A stretch of 64,000 bases of DNA from Octopus vulgaris. Its lineage: Eukaryota. The position numbers were made by a program, and so were the translations under genes. The notes beneath the pieces are model-generated. The model had not been told where the DNA came from, did no database searches, and saw only the letters and a list, made by a program, of their open reading frames with translations. The stretch covers positions 80,352,001 to 80,416,000 of the forward strand of contig OX597827.1 of the NCBI GenBank assembly GCA_951406725.2, written 5' to 3'. Shown one piece after another: positions 38,400-52,407 of this stretch. How positions within the stretch are numbered: the first letter of the stretch is position 1; each line of letters starts with the position of its first letter.

Positions 38400-41300
38400 C
38401 TGGTGTTTGCCTAGCCCCACCCCACCACCAAATGAACAAAAGGACTACTTTTATGGTATTCTTCTGCAAGCTACCTCAAAGATGAAAGGCAATGATCTCA
38501 TCTTCATAGCTGGGAATTTCAATGGGCATAGTGGGCAGCAGCCAGGTATCTTCCATGGTGTACATGGGGGCCAGGGAATTGGTTCCCAAAATAAAGAGAG
38601 GGAACAAGGCTACTGGAGCTTTGTGATGCAAATAACCTATTGATCTGCAACACCAACTAGAGGAAGCCTGCCAGCCACTTGATAACCTATTAACTGAGTG
38701 ACCATGCTGGCCAGATTGATTACATTCTCACCAGACAGCGAGATACATGGTTGCTCATGAATGCAAAGACCTTCCCTGGTGAAGAATTTACCCACCAGCA
38801 TAAACTAGTCATTAGTGACTTTAATCTTCAAGCCAGAAGGATGCCAAGAAGCAGACCAATCTAGAAAAGAAGGATTTGGAAGCTTAAGGATCCCTTATAT
38901 GGTCAGAGATTTAGGGACACTCTAATTTAGAAATTTGATGAGAAGGAGGAGGAACTACTGACTTGTATCATAGGGGGTAACTGGGAATTCCTGTGGGACA
39001 GCTTGCTGAGTGCCAAAGACCAAATCTGTAGCTGGTGCAAAGTCTCACCCAGACCTAGGGTGATGTGGTGGTGGAATAATGTTGCTGACAAGGCTACCAG
39101 AGCAAAGAGACAGGCCTGGAAGGAGTAGTAGATTGGGGGTAGCAGAGAATTGCAGAAGATAGCCAGAAGGGAAGCTAGGAGACCGGTATATCTAGCCAAA
39201 GGAAAAGTAGAAAAGAAATTAGCCCATCTTCTGTGATGTGAGGACCAGAGACTTGAAGCATGTGAGAGAAAATCGTACTGTGGTATGAGGGAAATGTATT
39301 TGCATAGATGATGGTGCATTTGCATTTATTGATTTTGCAAAGAAAGAGGCTTGGAAATGCTATTATGAAAGGCTGCTAAATGTGGAGAATGGAGAATGAA
39401 TGGGAAAAGGAGCGTATGCCAAATGATGACCCAGCTGGGGGACCAGCTATCCAAATCAACAGTAGCTTAGTGGATAAAGCAATTAAGGATATGAAAACAG
39501 GGAAAGCCCCTGGTTCATCAGGAATCTCTGCTGAGATGATTAAAATATCTATCAGAGTAGGATACAGCCTAGTCACCTGTATAGTTAATCAGGTTATCCA
39601 TGAGGGAGTCATATGCAACAATTGTTGTAGCAGCATTATAGTCAACTGCTACAAAGGGAAAAGTGATGCCTTAGACACAGATAATTACAGAAGCATCACA
39701 TTGCTGGACCAGGCGATGAAAGTCACAGAAAAGGTTATAGTTCAATTAATTAGGAAGAGGGTTAGTGTAAATGAGATGTAGTTTGGATTTGTGCCAGGCA
39801 AGAGCACATATATATTCCTGGGGAGGCAACTACAGGAGAAATATTTAGCCAGAAATAATCCTCTGTATCTGGCTTTTGTTGCCATGGAGAAAGCCTTTGA
39901 CAGAGTCCCTCTGGTGGTCAATGTGGAAGCTAAGGATAGATGAGTGGTTGGTGAGATCTGTACAAGCCATGTACAGGGATGCTATTAGTAAGGCGAAGGT
40001 TAGCAATGAGTATAGCAATGAATTCAGGGTACAAGTAGGGGTTCACCAAAGATCAATCTTCAGCCCCCTCTTGTTCATCTTAGTCCTCCAGGCAATAACA
40101 AAAGGAATTTAAGATGGGCTGCCCCTGGGAGCTCCTCTTTGCTGACGACTATGTTCTTATAGCTGAAACACTACCAGAATTAGAGAAGAAATTTCAGGTG
40201 TGGAAGCAAGGTCTAGAATCAAAAGGCCTTAGAGGTAATCTAGTAAAACCCAAAGTCTTAGTAAATAGGGAAGCAGACGAATCAGAAATCCCTTCAGGTA
40301 GATGGTCCTGTTTGATATATAGAAAAGGTATAGGCAGCAACTCCATAAGCTGTACCCCTATGGATACATAAGAGGCACAGCAATATCAGAGGAAGGATAA
40401 CAAGGAAGAAGGTGAACAGGTACAATTAACATTAAAAATGTATGGAAAATAGACTCTGTCAAATGCCAGGGGAAAAACTACAAGTAGCTGATAGCTTCCA
40501 TTACCTAGGTGACCAGGTCAGTAGCAGGGGTGGATACTCCAAGAGCATAGCTGCTAGAATAAGAATAGGTTGGGCAAAGTTCAGAGTGCTCCTACCTCTG
40601 TTGGAAACAAAGGGCCTCTCACTCAGAGTGAAAGGCAGATTGTATGATGCCTGTGTGTGAACAGCCATGCTACATGGCAGTGAAACATGGAGTATGACCA
40701 CTGAGGACATACATAGGCTTGAAAGAAATGAAGCTAGTGTGCTCTGTTGGATGTGCAATGTCATGTCATTGTGTAAGCATCTTGAAAGAAAAGTTGAGCA
40801 TGAGAGGCATCAGATGTGGTGTGCAAGAGGTGCGACTGTGCTGGTATGGTCATGTGATGCATATGGACAAGGACAGCTGTGTGAAGAAGTGCCGCACTCT
40901 AATGGTTGAAGGAACCTGTGAAAGAGGTAGACCCAGGAAGACATGGAATGAGGTGGTGAAGCATGTTCTTTGAACATTGGGTCTCAAGGAGACAATGACA
41001 AGTGACTGAGACCATTGAAGATATGCTGTGCTTGTGAAGGAAGACCTGGAAAGCCAAGTGAAATCATAGTCATGGCCGATGCCAGTGTCGCATAACTGGC
41101 ACCTGTGCTGGTGGCAGGTAAAAAGCACCCTTTGAACATTGGGTGATATGCTGTGCTTGAGAAGATCTGTCAAACCAAGTGAGATCCAGTCATGGCCAAC
41201 ACTGGCGTTGTGTAACTGGCACCCGTGCCGGTGGCATGTAGAAAGCGCCCACTACACTCTTGGAGTGGTTGGAATTAGGTAAGGCATCCAGCTGTAGAAA

Positions 41301-41405
41301 CATTGCCAGATCAGACTGGAGCCTGGTGCAGCCTCTGGTTCACCAGTCCCTAGTCAAACCGTCCAACCCATGCCAGCATGGAAAAACGGACATTAAACGA
41401 TGATG
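38400..41405 (+). mobile_element. Degenerate RTE-clade non-LTR retrotransposon (APE endonuclease + RT)
   Basis: ORF fragments LIFIAGNFNGH (APE), GKAPGSSGISAEM, NYRSITLL, VGVHQRSIFSPLLF, ELLFADD, MLHGSETW, RGRPRKTW; tail ccatgccagcatggaa...(GAT)n; many stops. Confidence 0.92.
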
Positions 41406-41914
41406 GTAACATCTGCTACAAGTGGTGGACTAGAATGAAACAACTATGCAAACATCAAACATATGAACTATGTTATCAAAGTAATTAGAAAGTAATTATG
41501 AAAGAGCTAAAACACAACTAATTGGGAAGAAAATTAGCTTGATGAGATGCAGTTTGAAATTGACACAGCATTACTGACACTCTTTTTTTAGTGAGAGAGC
41601 TACACACAATTCTTAGAACACCCCTATGATTAGCATTCATGAATCTGGAGAAAAACTTTGGAGAGTTCCTCACTGTTGTTTGGTGCTTGCTACAAAAAGC
41701 AAAAGCAAAAAAGAGGGTGGTGGGAATCACAGGTTTGTGAGAGCAATGCAGGCTACGTACAGAGAAACCAACAGCAAGATGATAATGAGCTCAGTGAGTA
41801 ATTCAACATGCAGTTAAATGTCCATCATGGCTTGGTTCTCATCTCTCTTGTGTTTATTTAATTCACCAAATCATAAGAGTTGTCAGTGGAACTTGTAACC
41901 TAATTATCGTGTTT

Positions 41915-42370
41915 TCTAAGCTGAATCTGTTGAAGATTCAGAGAAGAAATTCCAAACATGGAAACAAAGCCTTGAAATGAGATGCCTCAAAGTAAACCAA
42001 TCAAAGATAAAAGTTTTGGTTTGCCGGAAAGAAGACAGGACTCTTCAAGCATATGGGAAGTGGCTATGCTTAATATGCAGAAAAGAAGTTGGTAGAAATT
42101 TCATATGATGTAATAGTATGCAAAGAAGAGAACGAGCTGGTATGGACATGTGATGCATATCATGGATTACAGTTTGATAAAAAGAAAAAAGTGCCACATG
42201 ATTCAAATGGAAGGAATCTGTGGAAGAGGAAGATGGAGGGAAACATGGAAAGAAGAGGTGAAAGCTGATTTCAAGTTGGACCTAATGAAAGATATGACAA
42301 AATACTGAGCTGGAGAAGACCAATCCAGCCCATGCAAGCATGGAAAAAAGTGATGTAAAATTATAATAAT
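41915..42370 (+). mobile_element. Older RTE-LINE fragments
   Basis: Diverged matches to 40160-40330 and 40840-40970 (gagaagaaattccaaacatggaaacaaagcc; ctggtatggacatgtgatgc). Confidence 0.65.
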
Positions 42371-42395
42371 GACATTTAATAAGGAAAAGTATATA

Positions 42396-43655
42396 CAGGG
42401 AGCACTGTGAAGAATTCCTGATTATTTAAATAAGTTTATTTTATGAAATTTAGTTTGAAATTGCACAAAAATGATTAAAATGCACTCCTCAACATTCAGT
42501 TGTTCGTGCACACTGCACAGTTTGTTTAGTAAAATGTTTCAAAATGACAGTTAACAAATGAAGTGAGATTGTAGCTCTGAAAAAACAGGGCATGGCACTA
42601 AAGTCATGGCTTCAAGGGTTGAGGTTGATCCCAAAACAATCTATAATGTCATGAAACACTATAATGAGACAGGTTCAACGTACAGTAAACCCATTCCTGG
42701 ATCCATAACGATGAATCAATTGGTGGATCTTGTCTAAAAGAGAGTGTTATGAAATTCCCAACAGAGCATGAGGCCAATAGCTAAAAGTCTCGATATCTCC
42801 CAGACAACCATGCAATGGGTTGTGCACAAAGACTTAAATTGTAAGTCATTAAAATTGCTATGTCGATACCTAATTTCAGCCACCTCTAGAGCAAAGTAAC
42901 TGGACAGGTGTAAGAAAATGGCAGAGATTCAGAGCACCAGTGACAATATCTTCATCCGGTCAGATAAAAGATATTCACCATTGAGGCAGTAGCGAACACC
43001 CAAAATGACAAGATTTTGGCCACGAGGTCAGATGTTGTTCCTGAAAGTGCTAGTAAGGTGTTTCACCAAATGAAACCTGCCAGAGTGGTGGTTTGGGTGG
43101 TAGTATCATCCGAAGGTGGAAAATCTCCTCTGGTGTTCATTAAAGAGGGGACAAAGGTCAATTTAGCACTTTACATGAAAATGGAGGATAATGTGTTGCC
43201 ATGAGTGACCGAAACATTTAGAGATGATTACATCTTCATGCAAACGGCGCTCTTTCTTATACATCCAATGTGACACAAAAGTGGTGCAGGAACCATTTCA
43301 GCAGGTTTTGCGACAAGAATGCCAGCCTAGACATTCACCCAATGGACTTTGCTATTTGGTCCATTCTAGAAAGTAACATTTCAAGAGATTTCTACAAAAA
43401 TAGCACCACTCTGAAGAAAGCCTTAGTCATGTCATGGTATCATTTAAGTGAAGAAGTCACCTGGCGTTCCTGTAACTCTGTACTTGGTCGTTTTCAAGCA
43501 ATTGCAAAGGTTAAAGGTAGACATACTGAATTAAACATATCTTAATATGTTACCTGAGCATTTTTAATCAAATCCTAAAGAACCCATCTGTTTTTATGCC
43601 TTTTACTAAAAATTATGACTAAGACTCAATTGGGAGTTCTTTACGGCACACCCTG
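42396..43655 (+). mobile_element. Tc1/mariner-superfamily DNA transposon, full length (1260 bp), inactive; DDD-type (maT-like)
   Basis: TA|cagggagcactgtgaagaattcc ... gggagttctttacggcacaccctg|TA; transposase fragments IRSDKKIFTIE, VVVWVVVSSEGGKSPLVF and SLDIHPMDFAIW. Confidence 0.88.
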
Positions 43656-43797
43656 TACATTTGACAAGGCCCTTAGTTTTGTACATTTGTGCAAATGTGT
43701 ATGAGTACAACATTACAAAATATATGTAATTATACACTTTACATAAACCAAACAATGCAATAAAAACATTTTCATAAGATATTTTAACAAGACTTAC

Positions 43798-43925
43798 ATT
43801 GACAATAATTGTAAAATCCATTGTTGTAAAATCCAAAGACTTCACTTCCGCTGCAGTAAGAAAATCCATTGTAATTGTTGCTGTAGTAGTGTGACAATGG
43901 CTGTAAGGTTGATGAAGTGGTGGAT
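43798..43925 (-). promoter_or_regulatory. Putative leader exon/promoter of psi-C with the intact shared element
   Basis: Donor AAT|GTAAGT at 43797; gtgtgacaatggctgt at 43889-43904; tgatgaagt at 43910-43918. Confidence 0.55.
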
Positions 43926-44957
43926 CAATGTTGTTATACAAGGCAATTAGGTATGTCCCAATACACACTTGTATGGATTGCAGGCTGTTTCAATTATCCA
44001 CCAGGAATTGTATATTAACTTCACTCTCTTGTGTATGTGTGTGTGTGATCATATGGGATTATATCACAAATGGTGGACACATGGAATGTTGGTTGAAAAT
44101 CATCAATTGTGAATTAGTAGAAAAGTTTAATAGTTTTACCAGTAAAAGGGAAAACAATAGTTCTAAGTAATAAATGAGAACAACTGATATTCAAACAAGC
44201 TTTAAATTACAAAATAATTATGGGGAGTTATCTCGTGAGTTTCTAATTTAGGTACAAAGCCAGCAAATTTGAAGAGAATGGATGAATCAATTACATCAAT
44301 TCCACAGTTTCATTGGTATGTTATCAACCCAGAAGAGAAGAAAAGCAATGATGACCGTGGCAGGATTTGAACTCACTATGTAGAGAGTTGGAAGAAATAC
44401 TGCATGGCACTTTTCCAAATGCTTTAATAAGATTAAATATATATTATTTCAATATTTGCCTGAACTTGACATATGAAATTTTAATTATTTTTTAAATTAG
44501 TTTAGATTCATAAGTCATTTTTCTCTATTTCATTTAGTGAGCTATAAAAGTTGCAGATTATGTTTCTGCTTTCTAAAGGGGAAATTGCTTACTTTCAATT
44601 CTAAAACTTGGGCTACTTTGACAAGTATGATAATACATTTTCTCTATCCCATTCTGTCAGAGAGAATAGTAACAGTCTTACACAAAATTACTTCAGTAAG
44701 TGTTCACATCAAATAATATATAATTTAAGGGCATCATCATTTTGAACAAATTTTGCTTAAGAACTTTCAACCAATTATTTTTCAGTGACAAAGGAAGGAG
44801 AGAAGCTATAGAGAATGTAATCAGTATGAAATATCATGTGTAGCTGTATAATCACAATTTGAGTAAAATCTATTATTATAAGTAGAATGTCTTTCTATAA
44901 TGTGATATTGTATGCATTAAAGCTAAAAGAAAATCGAGTTGTATTAACTATCACATG

Positions 44958-45037
44958 TCACACGTGTTTAGGGTAGGTCTCTTGATCCTGATTTCTGTTT
45001 AGTGTTGATGTTATACTGTTTTTATATGTATCATTTC
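44958..45037 (-). CDS. Protocadherin B, coding exon 3 (terminal): (G)NDTYKNSITSTLNRNQDQETYPKHV*
   Basis: Strong acceptor (T)nCCAG, phase 1, homologous to exon 3 of A and D. Confidence 0.85.
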
Positions 45038-45356
45038 CTGGAAAAAAAAAAAAAGAAGAAAACAAATGAAAAACATAAAAATTCATTGCAAAATGAAGTT
45101 TGAATATTTTGACATGTTTCTGTCCACCAAATTCCACTGACAAGATATTGGTCAACTCAAGTCTTTGGTAGAAGACACTTGCCCAAGGTGTCAAGTAGTT
45201 GGATTGAACCTAGAAACATGTGTTAACAAAGCAAATTTCTTAACTAAAAAGCCATGCCTATATAGTTTATAATAATAATTAAACATTATATTTCAAGCAA
45301 AATGTCATGTGATTAGGTTAGAAGGGAAGGTTCATAATAATAATAATAATAATAAT

Positions 45357-45890
45357 AATAAGTGGCTCTCCTGGCTTCTGATCTTAACTGATTGGAAGTG
45401 TTATCATGTACATTGTTTTGTCTTGGTATAAAAGATGGGCTACAGCAAATATTCTGCTCAATGCCACAGATTTGCTTGTCAGTTGTTTGACCGTAACCAG
45501 TTGAGCATGTCCCTTAGTGGCTGATATGTGCATCTCTGACCACAAGCAGAAGTAGTGGGGGAGCATCATAGCCATGTGTTGAGAGGAATTCTTGGAGGTT
45601 TGGATAATTCACCTTTGGAAACATGAGTGGTTTGTTCAACATCCTTAAACAAACCTTTCGAGCAGGATGGGCTACTTGACCAGAAGAAAATTCTAATTGG
45701 GCCCCACCTGCAAGGTCATGCACTGTTTATCTTGATATGGGATCATCATGTCGTGCACATATGGTTGTGCCTAGTGTACCCTTATCAGACGGGTAGTCAT
45801 GATGAGTATATTGGGCTTCTTATATTTGTACCCCAGTGTCACTTTGATGGCATGCACTGCTCTCTCACTCAATAATGATAATAATAATAA
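45357..45890. mobile_element. Unclassified interspersed repeat flanked by (AAT)n tracts
   Basis: GC-richer ~510-bp island bounded by (AAT)n on both sides, inside intron 2 of B; family not assigned. Confidence 0.4.
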
Positions 45891-45899
45891 TGATTAAAA

Positions 45900-46215
45900 A
45901 GGAAATTATTGTGTATAGTGCTCAGGTGTACTACAACTTATCAAAGGTGTATATACAGTACATAGAATTATGTATAAATGTCAAAGTAAGTGAACAGTGT
46001 ATGAGTCATGATATATATATATATGTATGGGGGTGGAGATATCAGGTGTAGTGCTGGTGAATTTCAGGAAGCATGGAGGTTTTAAAGGATAGAATGCTTC
46101 AGCAATTCTGAGTGTGAAAAAATGTTTCTGAATGTCATGGGAGCTGTGCTGTTTTCTGACTTTGCAGACATGTCCACGTGTGTTAAACACATGGAGCTCA
46201 AAAAGGTAATCCAAC
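45900..46215 (-). mobile_element. CR1-type LINE 3' fragment
   Basis: NTRGHVCKVRKQHSSHDIQKHFFTLRIAEA matches the CR1 ORF2 C-terminal RGH..K...FF..R motif. Confidence 0.65.
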
Positions 46216-46354
46216 AGAAGTTGAATAAGATGCTTTGTGTTTTCATTTAGAAGACATCATTTTTATGATGAATTATGAACAGCTATACATTAATACTTGT
46301 TTATTTTGCTTAATTGTTTAAATTCAATTTCAAAACTGGGGATATCTTTCCTAC

Positions 46355-46499
46355 CTGAGGAGGTTACTGGTATCTCTTCATAATGTTTAGTACGACTGCT
46401 AGTCTGACTCGACAAGGTGTTAGTTGGATAGTTCGAAACAACAGATGTATCTTCCACAGCATCATCATTCGATGTTACCACAACTGGTTCGCTGTATTT
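46355..46499 (-). CDS. Protocadherin B, coding exon 2: KYSEPVVVTSNDDAVEDTSVVSNYPTNTLSSQTSSRTKHYEEIPVTSS(G)
   Basis: Acceptor (T)nGTAAACAG, donor CAG|GTAGGA, 145 nt, phase 0 to 1, open. Confidence 0.88.
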
Positions 46500-46685
46500 C
46501 TGTTTACAAAAAAAAAAAAAGAAAAATAAGTTTTAACACAATCAAAATTAAAGAAAAATTAAATTTTTGGTAAAACAGAGAACATCTGCTAATTCCTTAC
46601 AATGCATTAAAATAATGAATATGAAATGCATGAGAGCAAAAATGAATTTAAAAGAAGTAATGTTTAAGTAAATTTAATGATTATA

Positions 46686-47065
46686 GGCATAGGAGTGGCT
46701 GTGTGGTAAGTAGGTTGCTTATGAACCACATGGTTCTGGATTCAGTTCCACTGTGTGGCACCTTGGGCAAGTGTCTTCTACTATAGCCTTGGGCCAACCA
46801 AAGCCTTCTGAGTGGATGTGGTAGACGGAAACTGAAAGAAGCCCGTCGTATATATGTATGTGTGTGTGTGTGTTTGTCCCCCCCCCCAAACATAGCTTGA
46901 CAATCGGTGCTGGAGTATTTATGTCCCTGTAACTTAGCGGTTCGGCAAAAGAGACCAATAGAATCAGGACTAGACTTACAAAGAATAAGTCCTGAGGTCG
47001 ATTTCCTCGACTAAAGGCGGTGCTCCAGCATGGTCAGTCACATGACTGAAACAAGTAAAAGAGGA
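46686..47065 (+). mobile_element. tRNA-derived SINE (family 1) in intron 1 of B
   Basis: Full head-core-tail; explains why this intron is 593 nt versus 155 (D) and 171 (A). Confidence 0.88.
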
Positions 47066-47092
47066 AGAGATTATTAAAAATTGAAATCTTAC

Positions 47093-49468
47093 TGAAGATG
47101 GTTTAGGAAGGGTTCTGCTTTGAACTGAAGATTCATATTTGTTCTGTAGCTGACCTTCTGCATAACATTCACTCTTGGATCTCTCAGAATAGATATTCCG
47201 CTTCACCATCTCTTCTGCATTCCTCGACATAGCAACAGAAGTGTTAGTCTGGTACAACAATTGTTTCATCTCTGCTCTACCTTGGTAGGCTGTATTCTTT
47301 GTGGCAGCAGCTGTGTTATCTCTGTGTTTAATACATTTCATAATACACAGCGTTATAGAAACAACAATAGCCACTGATATTATTACTGCTGATGATACAA
47401 TGATAATAACCCATGTCATATGGACCCGACCTGAAGATTGTAAAGGTCCACTCTTCGACATTGGTGATGTCTCGTTACTAACAGCCAACACCAAAGTGAC
47501 ACTAGTTGTTGACGACTGAACTGGACTACCGCTGTCCTTCACAACAAACACCAGCTCATAACTTCCAGCATCATTTAGATAAACTTGTCTGGAGAAGGAT
47601 AAAGCACCACTGTGTGAGTTCATACTAAACAACTGTTTATCATTTCCTTGTATGATTGCATATCTGAGGAAAGCATTGTTTCCACTGTCCCCATCAGAGG
47701 CTCTCAAAACTGTGATGTCACTCTTACTCTGCGGATGGTACTGCACATTTAGCGTGTAAGGGTCACTACTAGGATATGTAAAATACGGAGCATTGTCATT
47801 TTGATCTAGAATCTCAACAACAACATTCGCTGTGTCATTCAGAGATGGGCTTCCATTGTCTTTGACAAAAACCTCAAACTTATACACATCTTGTTTCTCT
47901 CTGTCCAATGACATGGTCGCTGAAATGAAGCCATAACTGGTGATGAGAAATGGGAGATTGGATTTTTCTTTACGCAGCAGAGAATATGTGAGTTGTCCAG
48001 CAGATCCAAGATCAGGGTCAGTGGCATTGACAAAACCAATAGGGAAGTCTTTGTCTTTGTTTTCGTAGGTGAGGAATTGGAATGTATCTTTGGTAAACTG
48101 TGGTTGTACATCGTTGATGTCAGTCACTTGGATAGAGAGGCTTTTAACACTTTTCAGAGGAGGTAATCCTTTATCTTGACAGGAGACAGGAATGTTATAG
48201 TGTCCTTGTGTTTCTCTGTCCACTGGTTTGTTTAGAATGATTTTATATTCTTTAGATCCCATTGACTGTAGTTTGAATGTATCATGTTTGACATCACAGC
48301 TGACCTCTCCATTTTGTCCCACATCATTGTCAGTGACCATCACATAAGCAATGAAACTACCAACTCTGGTGTCTTCCGAAATGGTAGCTGTGTTGTCATT
48401 GACTGAAGAAACATAATCAATATCAATAGATGGAGGATTGTTGTGTTGGTTGATAACATTTACCAAAACAGTTGCTATAGAACTGAGAGGAGGGCTGCCC
48501 CCATCTCTGGCTTCAATAAAAAGTTCATAGGTTTTCTTTTTACTCAGATTTGAATATTCCCTTAACAAAATTTCCCCACTCGTTTCATTTAACTGAAAAT
48601 AGCTTTTTGCAAGATCTGATGTCTTTGGGCTGAAATGGAAAGTAATTTTACCATTTTCACCAGCATCAGCATCAGTTACAGATAAAACAATGATGGGTTT
48701 GGATTTGTGATGTGCACTTTGTATGGATATATTATATAGAGGTTTAGAAAATACAGGTGGGTTGTCATTGTCATCTATTATGGAAATATTTATGTTTAAA
48801 ATCCCTTGTTTTGCTGGCGAACCTCCATCTTTAGCTATGACTTGTAATAAATATGTATCTTTGATTTCTCTGTCTAATGATTCTTTTAAAACTATTTTAA
48901 GAGAAGAAATACCATCAGCTCTTTTAGACACTGACAGAGAGAATGGTTCTCCATTCTTTGATTTTAATTTATATTGTATTAAGGAATTTTGAAATCCAAC
49001 ATCTTTGTCCATAGCATTGGGTATTGATCGTTTTGTGCCTTTTCCATCTGTTTCCGAGAACTTTAATGAAATTTGCTTTTTGGGAAACTCAGGGTGATGG
49101 TCATTGATGTCTTCTATTACTATTTTGATTTTTAATATTTTTGTAATACTTCTTCCTTTATTGACAACAACCTTCACAGTTCTGGAACATTCTTTGTTGA
49201 ATGTGCAGAGATCTTCTGCATCCAGTGTCTGAGCAGTGTACAGTTTACCTGTTTTGGTGATGTTAAATAACTGTGCCACCTTTCGTTTGAATTGACTGAA
49301 TGTTATCAAATGTTGGTCAGATGGTTTAACATTGTCTAAAAGTTTAGAATCGGCAGCAATGTCTGCTACATATGTTCCTGGACTTCTCTCTTCTTCCACA
49401 TGGTAGGTAAGGTCTATGGTCAGGACACAGTGGACCAGTGACAATACAATAGAAAATGACAGGAACAT
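47093..49468 (-). CDS. PCDH: Protocadherin B, large coding exon 1 (SP, EC1-EC6, TM, proximal tail); full protein ~866 aa
   Basis: 830-aa ORF with six cadherin repeats and TM; donor TCA|GTAAGA at 47092; 5'UTR acceptor CTCTTTTTAG at 49522-24. Symbol is family-level only. Confidence 0.96.
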
Positions 49469-52407
49469 GTTGTTGTTTTATGTTGGTCTTGGTTCTGTGT
49501 GTGTAATGTGGTGCATGGAACCTAAAAAGAGATATAATTACATCAGATTAGATTTAATATGTATGTTATAACAAGGTAACATCATGTTAGGAATTTATTA
49601 TTATTATTAACATGTGAAATCATCATATGCTAACATACAATATTACATCAACATTTTGTCTATTCACACAAAATAACAATGGAGAAAAATCCACAGAGTA
49701 TGTCTGTTAATAAAGCTATATTTTGAAATAGTGTGCAATATAATTTACCTCACTTTAAATTGTGTTGATAATATCATTACTTGAGTTAACAATAAAAGGA
49801 AAATAATTTGTTTTGTACAAAGAACATCATTAGTAAAAGCAGAACTGCTGCAGTGTCTTCATGGAAACAATGACAATAAATTGATGGAAGTCTTGTGTGA
49901 ACTTCTAGGAGTGAATAAATGGCAACAGGAAAAAATATATAATTAATTAATAAAAATATAATTGGTATTGGTACACAAAGATTTCTTTTTTAGTTCTAAA
50001 TCCTTTTTTAACCTCTGAATCAAATAAACCACCCTTGGTAGTTTACAGCTATATCTTTTATCAGCACCAATGTTGTAAAAACCAAAGCTGTAATCAGTTT
50101 CCAACTAAAAAAAAAAAATGATTTCCACACTACAGTTAATTATAATCTTTTACATTCAATTTTATGCAAAAATTAGGGGCCTCATTTTAGTCTATAATTG
50201 CATGTTGTTGTTGTTGTTGTCAACCCAGATGGAGCTATGATTTAGAAGCATTCAAACCATGACCACATTATCTTATGTGTGTTTCTTTTTCAATGGTAGG
50301 CTGAGATTTGAAACGGATTTGGCCGCTACTCTGAGTAAGTTGAGCAACTGCATGGAATCTCCCAAATATTCTTACAAATGAAACATTTTCAACCAATTCT
50401 TTGAAGCATGAAAGAAGGTGGTATTATTTGTAACTCTGGTAGTCTAGAAATGTTACAACTTTTCTTGATATTTGAAACGAAAAAGAAAGAACAACTAGCC
50501 AGTATTTATTATATAGAGAAAAAAGTGGTTAATAAAAGTAGTTAGTGTCTAAAAGTTAGTGAGATGAAATGAAATATTACTTCGTATTACAAATGAGAGT
50601 TAGAAATGGAAGAGGATTTTATTGTAGCAATTTTTCTAAAATCTTCATTGTGTCTTGCAACCTTTTCAATAGTTTTGAAAAGGTTGCAAGACACAACAAA
50701 GATTTTAGAAAAATAAAGAAGGAAATGAGTGGAAATTTTACTGGTGAGTGTGTTAAATTATAAGGCACCAAAAGAGAATGACTCTCTTCAGACACAACAA
50801 AAGATGCTTCAACACACAAACTCACATAAAGAATCTTGCAAACCAAATCCAAAAATGAAATCAAGTTTGTTAATTAAATGGCTAATTTTGAAAAGAAATA
50901 ACATATAGTACCTTTCACTTTTACCAGTCACTCATTTTTTTGAAGCCATTATGGCTGTGACGAAAATAAAAATATAATATTTGTACAAACTTATTGTAAC
51001 CAGCCATATTTTTGAAACTGGGAATAGAAAAAAATGGATGTTTAAAATCTGTGAAAGGATTTTGAAATCGCTACCAATAATACGGATTTCAGATCTTCTG
51101 CTTTCCCAAAAACTTGATTTTAGATTCTCAAAAAGAAGTAATCAGAAATTTCTGTAACATTAACCAAGTATTTGGGTAATTTCTAAAGACATGCTAACCG
51201 TTTTTTTCATGAAAAGACTGAAGTGCATGTTAAGCATAGACCCATACATTTTAAAAGTTCACACATATGATTGTAACATTGCAATGATGTATTCATTGTT
51301 TCCCAGTTAATATGATGAATGCAATTCCATCATGAATAAAATGACATCAAACTATTCAAATAATTATAGAAATTACTGTTCAGATTCTCTCTGGATTAAT
51401 TCATTTATAATCAATCCTGAACAATAATAAAAAGATACATTACAAATTTAATCCAACAGGACAGATTCTTCACTTTATATTCAATCTGTTAAAGACTTTC
51501 TCATTACTATTCACTTCCTGACAGTGGTGTCCACCATTATCTTCAACCCAGAACTCTAACACACCAGTGCCTCATCACTACCAACAACCAACACACTATT
51601 ATTAAAATTCTGGTTTATTTCTTCATATTTTATCCCTAACATATCTTTCAAATGCAATCTAATGATACAGACAAAATATTACATTTTCCATACATCAAAA
51701 GCAACACTTATGTTGGGATAAGTAACAATAGCCGACATACGTGTAACAAATATTATAGAAACATAGTTTGGATTCAATTGAAAAAAATATAAATATTAGA
51801 GTTAAAGTTAAATTAAATCTCTCTCCCTCTCTCAGGTCTACAGAGTAATTGGAGATTATTGCATTGTTTAAGTAACTGAGAGTTCATGATTCCTGAACAG
51901 AAGCTAATCTCATGCAAGATTAACCCACAGCTTCTGCTGGTACTCATTTCCAGCTGAATTAACCAGAGCATCATCAGCTGAGTAGGAGAATAGTTTAAAT
52001 GAAAGTACCGTGAGAAAGAGATTGTTTGTAAAGCCAATGGAATGAAAATCAGAAATCAGAGTAGACAGAGAAGCATAGTAAAACAATGATTTACACCCTT
52101 ACTTTCTACTTCAAATTAAAAATATAAAGAAAAAATCTTTATAATGTTTTGTTTCATTTTACTACTATTTTTATCTCCTTTATTTTCAAATTGTTTTCCT
52201 GAAACAATTTTAACTCTAAATATTAAATGTTTCATGCAACATCATCCAATTGTGAAGGGAGAGGGGGACACAAAAACAAAAAACAAAAAGAACTGTCAAT
52301 ACAGACAATATTAGTGAAAAATATGTGAATAATTATTCAATCATTTACAGATTCAGTGAGTGATTATAAATTAAAATGAGATAGTGAAAGATTAACTAGA
52401 AACTTAC

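Noticed and set aside
46976-47092. Extended C-terminus of gene B (..HAGAPPLVEEIDLRTYSL)
   Set aside because: Read-through past the conserved donor into an antisense SINE tail; the ORF ends of A and D are likewise intronic.
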